A stretch of 64,000 nt of DNA from Candidatus Marinacidobacterales bacterium (GTDB taxonomy: Bacteria; Acidobacteriota; Vicinamibacteria; Marinacidobacterales; DATDRI01): contig CBDCNP010000002.1 of the NCBI GenBank assembly GCA_965219415.1, forward strand, positions 3,200,001 to 3,264,000, read 5' to 3'. Each line of letters begins with the position of its first letter. Position 1 is the first letter of the stretch. Both the position numbers and the translations under genes were made by a program. Positions 63,820-64,000 of the stretch are shown piece by piece. Under the pieces are notes generated by a model, which was given only the letters and a program-made list of their open reading frames with translations, had not been told where the DNA came from and made no database searches.

Positions 63820-64000
63820 TGATCCTTGCCTCCGGTCGGTCCGTCCTCCCAATCCTGCGCGCTCGAAATGTTCGGCACGCCCCAATCCTCGCCGTTCCAG
63901 CCCTGGAAGCCGTCCATGCGGAAGACCCAAAACCCAGTGGTCATGTCGCTGACGACGATCAGGCCATCGGCATTACGGACGTCCACACCGAACGCACCAT
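63816..64000 (-). CDS. C-terminus of a probable LVIVD-type beta-propeller protein (partial)
   Basis: GAFGVDVRNADGLIVVSDMTTGFWVFRMDGFQGW...; enters from the window edge. Confidence 0.45.
   Translation of the reverse strand, partial: GAFGVDVRNADGLIVVSDMTTGFWVFRMDGFQGWNGEDWGVPNISSAQDWEDGPTGGKDQ

Overview
GC-rich bacterial chromosomal segment. The gene repertoire (Ser/Thr kinase-PD40 proteins, wHTH-TolB-like-TPR regulators, DUF4388-type kinase, PQQ-type propeller, sulfatase) suggests Acidobacteriota; this is inference only. It holds about 55 genes, mainly hydrolases (hydantoinase/oxoprolinase A+B, four M20 peptidases, amidase, adenosine/adenine deaminase, nucleoside hydrolase), transporters (peptide ABC, ECF, APC, Nramp-like, CorA) and signalling genes, plus two divergent VapBC-type TA modules. 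I found no rRNA, tRNA, CRISPR array, transposase or integrase. Four things stand out. (1) A non-coding palindrome-containing element occurs four times in the same orientation, as two direct-repeat pairs; one pair brackets a pilin-like gene plus a duplicated kinase, the other a triple wHTH-TPR array. One copy carries a perfect XerD-arm sequence beside a TA block that appears inserted into a duplicated kinase promoter region. (2) An apparent operon of a tandemly duplicated HTTM plus partner module, a Mesh1-like alarmone hydrolase and MarC converges on a RelA/SpoT small alarmone synthetase. (3) A BtpA/SgcQ-ECF-PfkB-SIS operon lies divergent from a Tat-exported nucleoside hydrolase. (4) Gene disruption is pervasive (about 19 genes): homopolymer indels, nonsense codons, short tandem duplications and kb-scale deletions, pointing to real genome erosion and/or assembly error. 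All product calls come from motif recognition by eye, not database searches.
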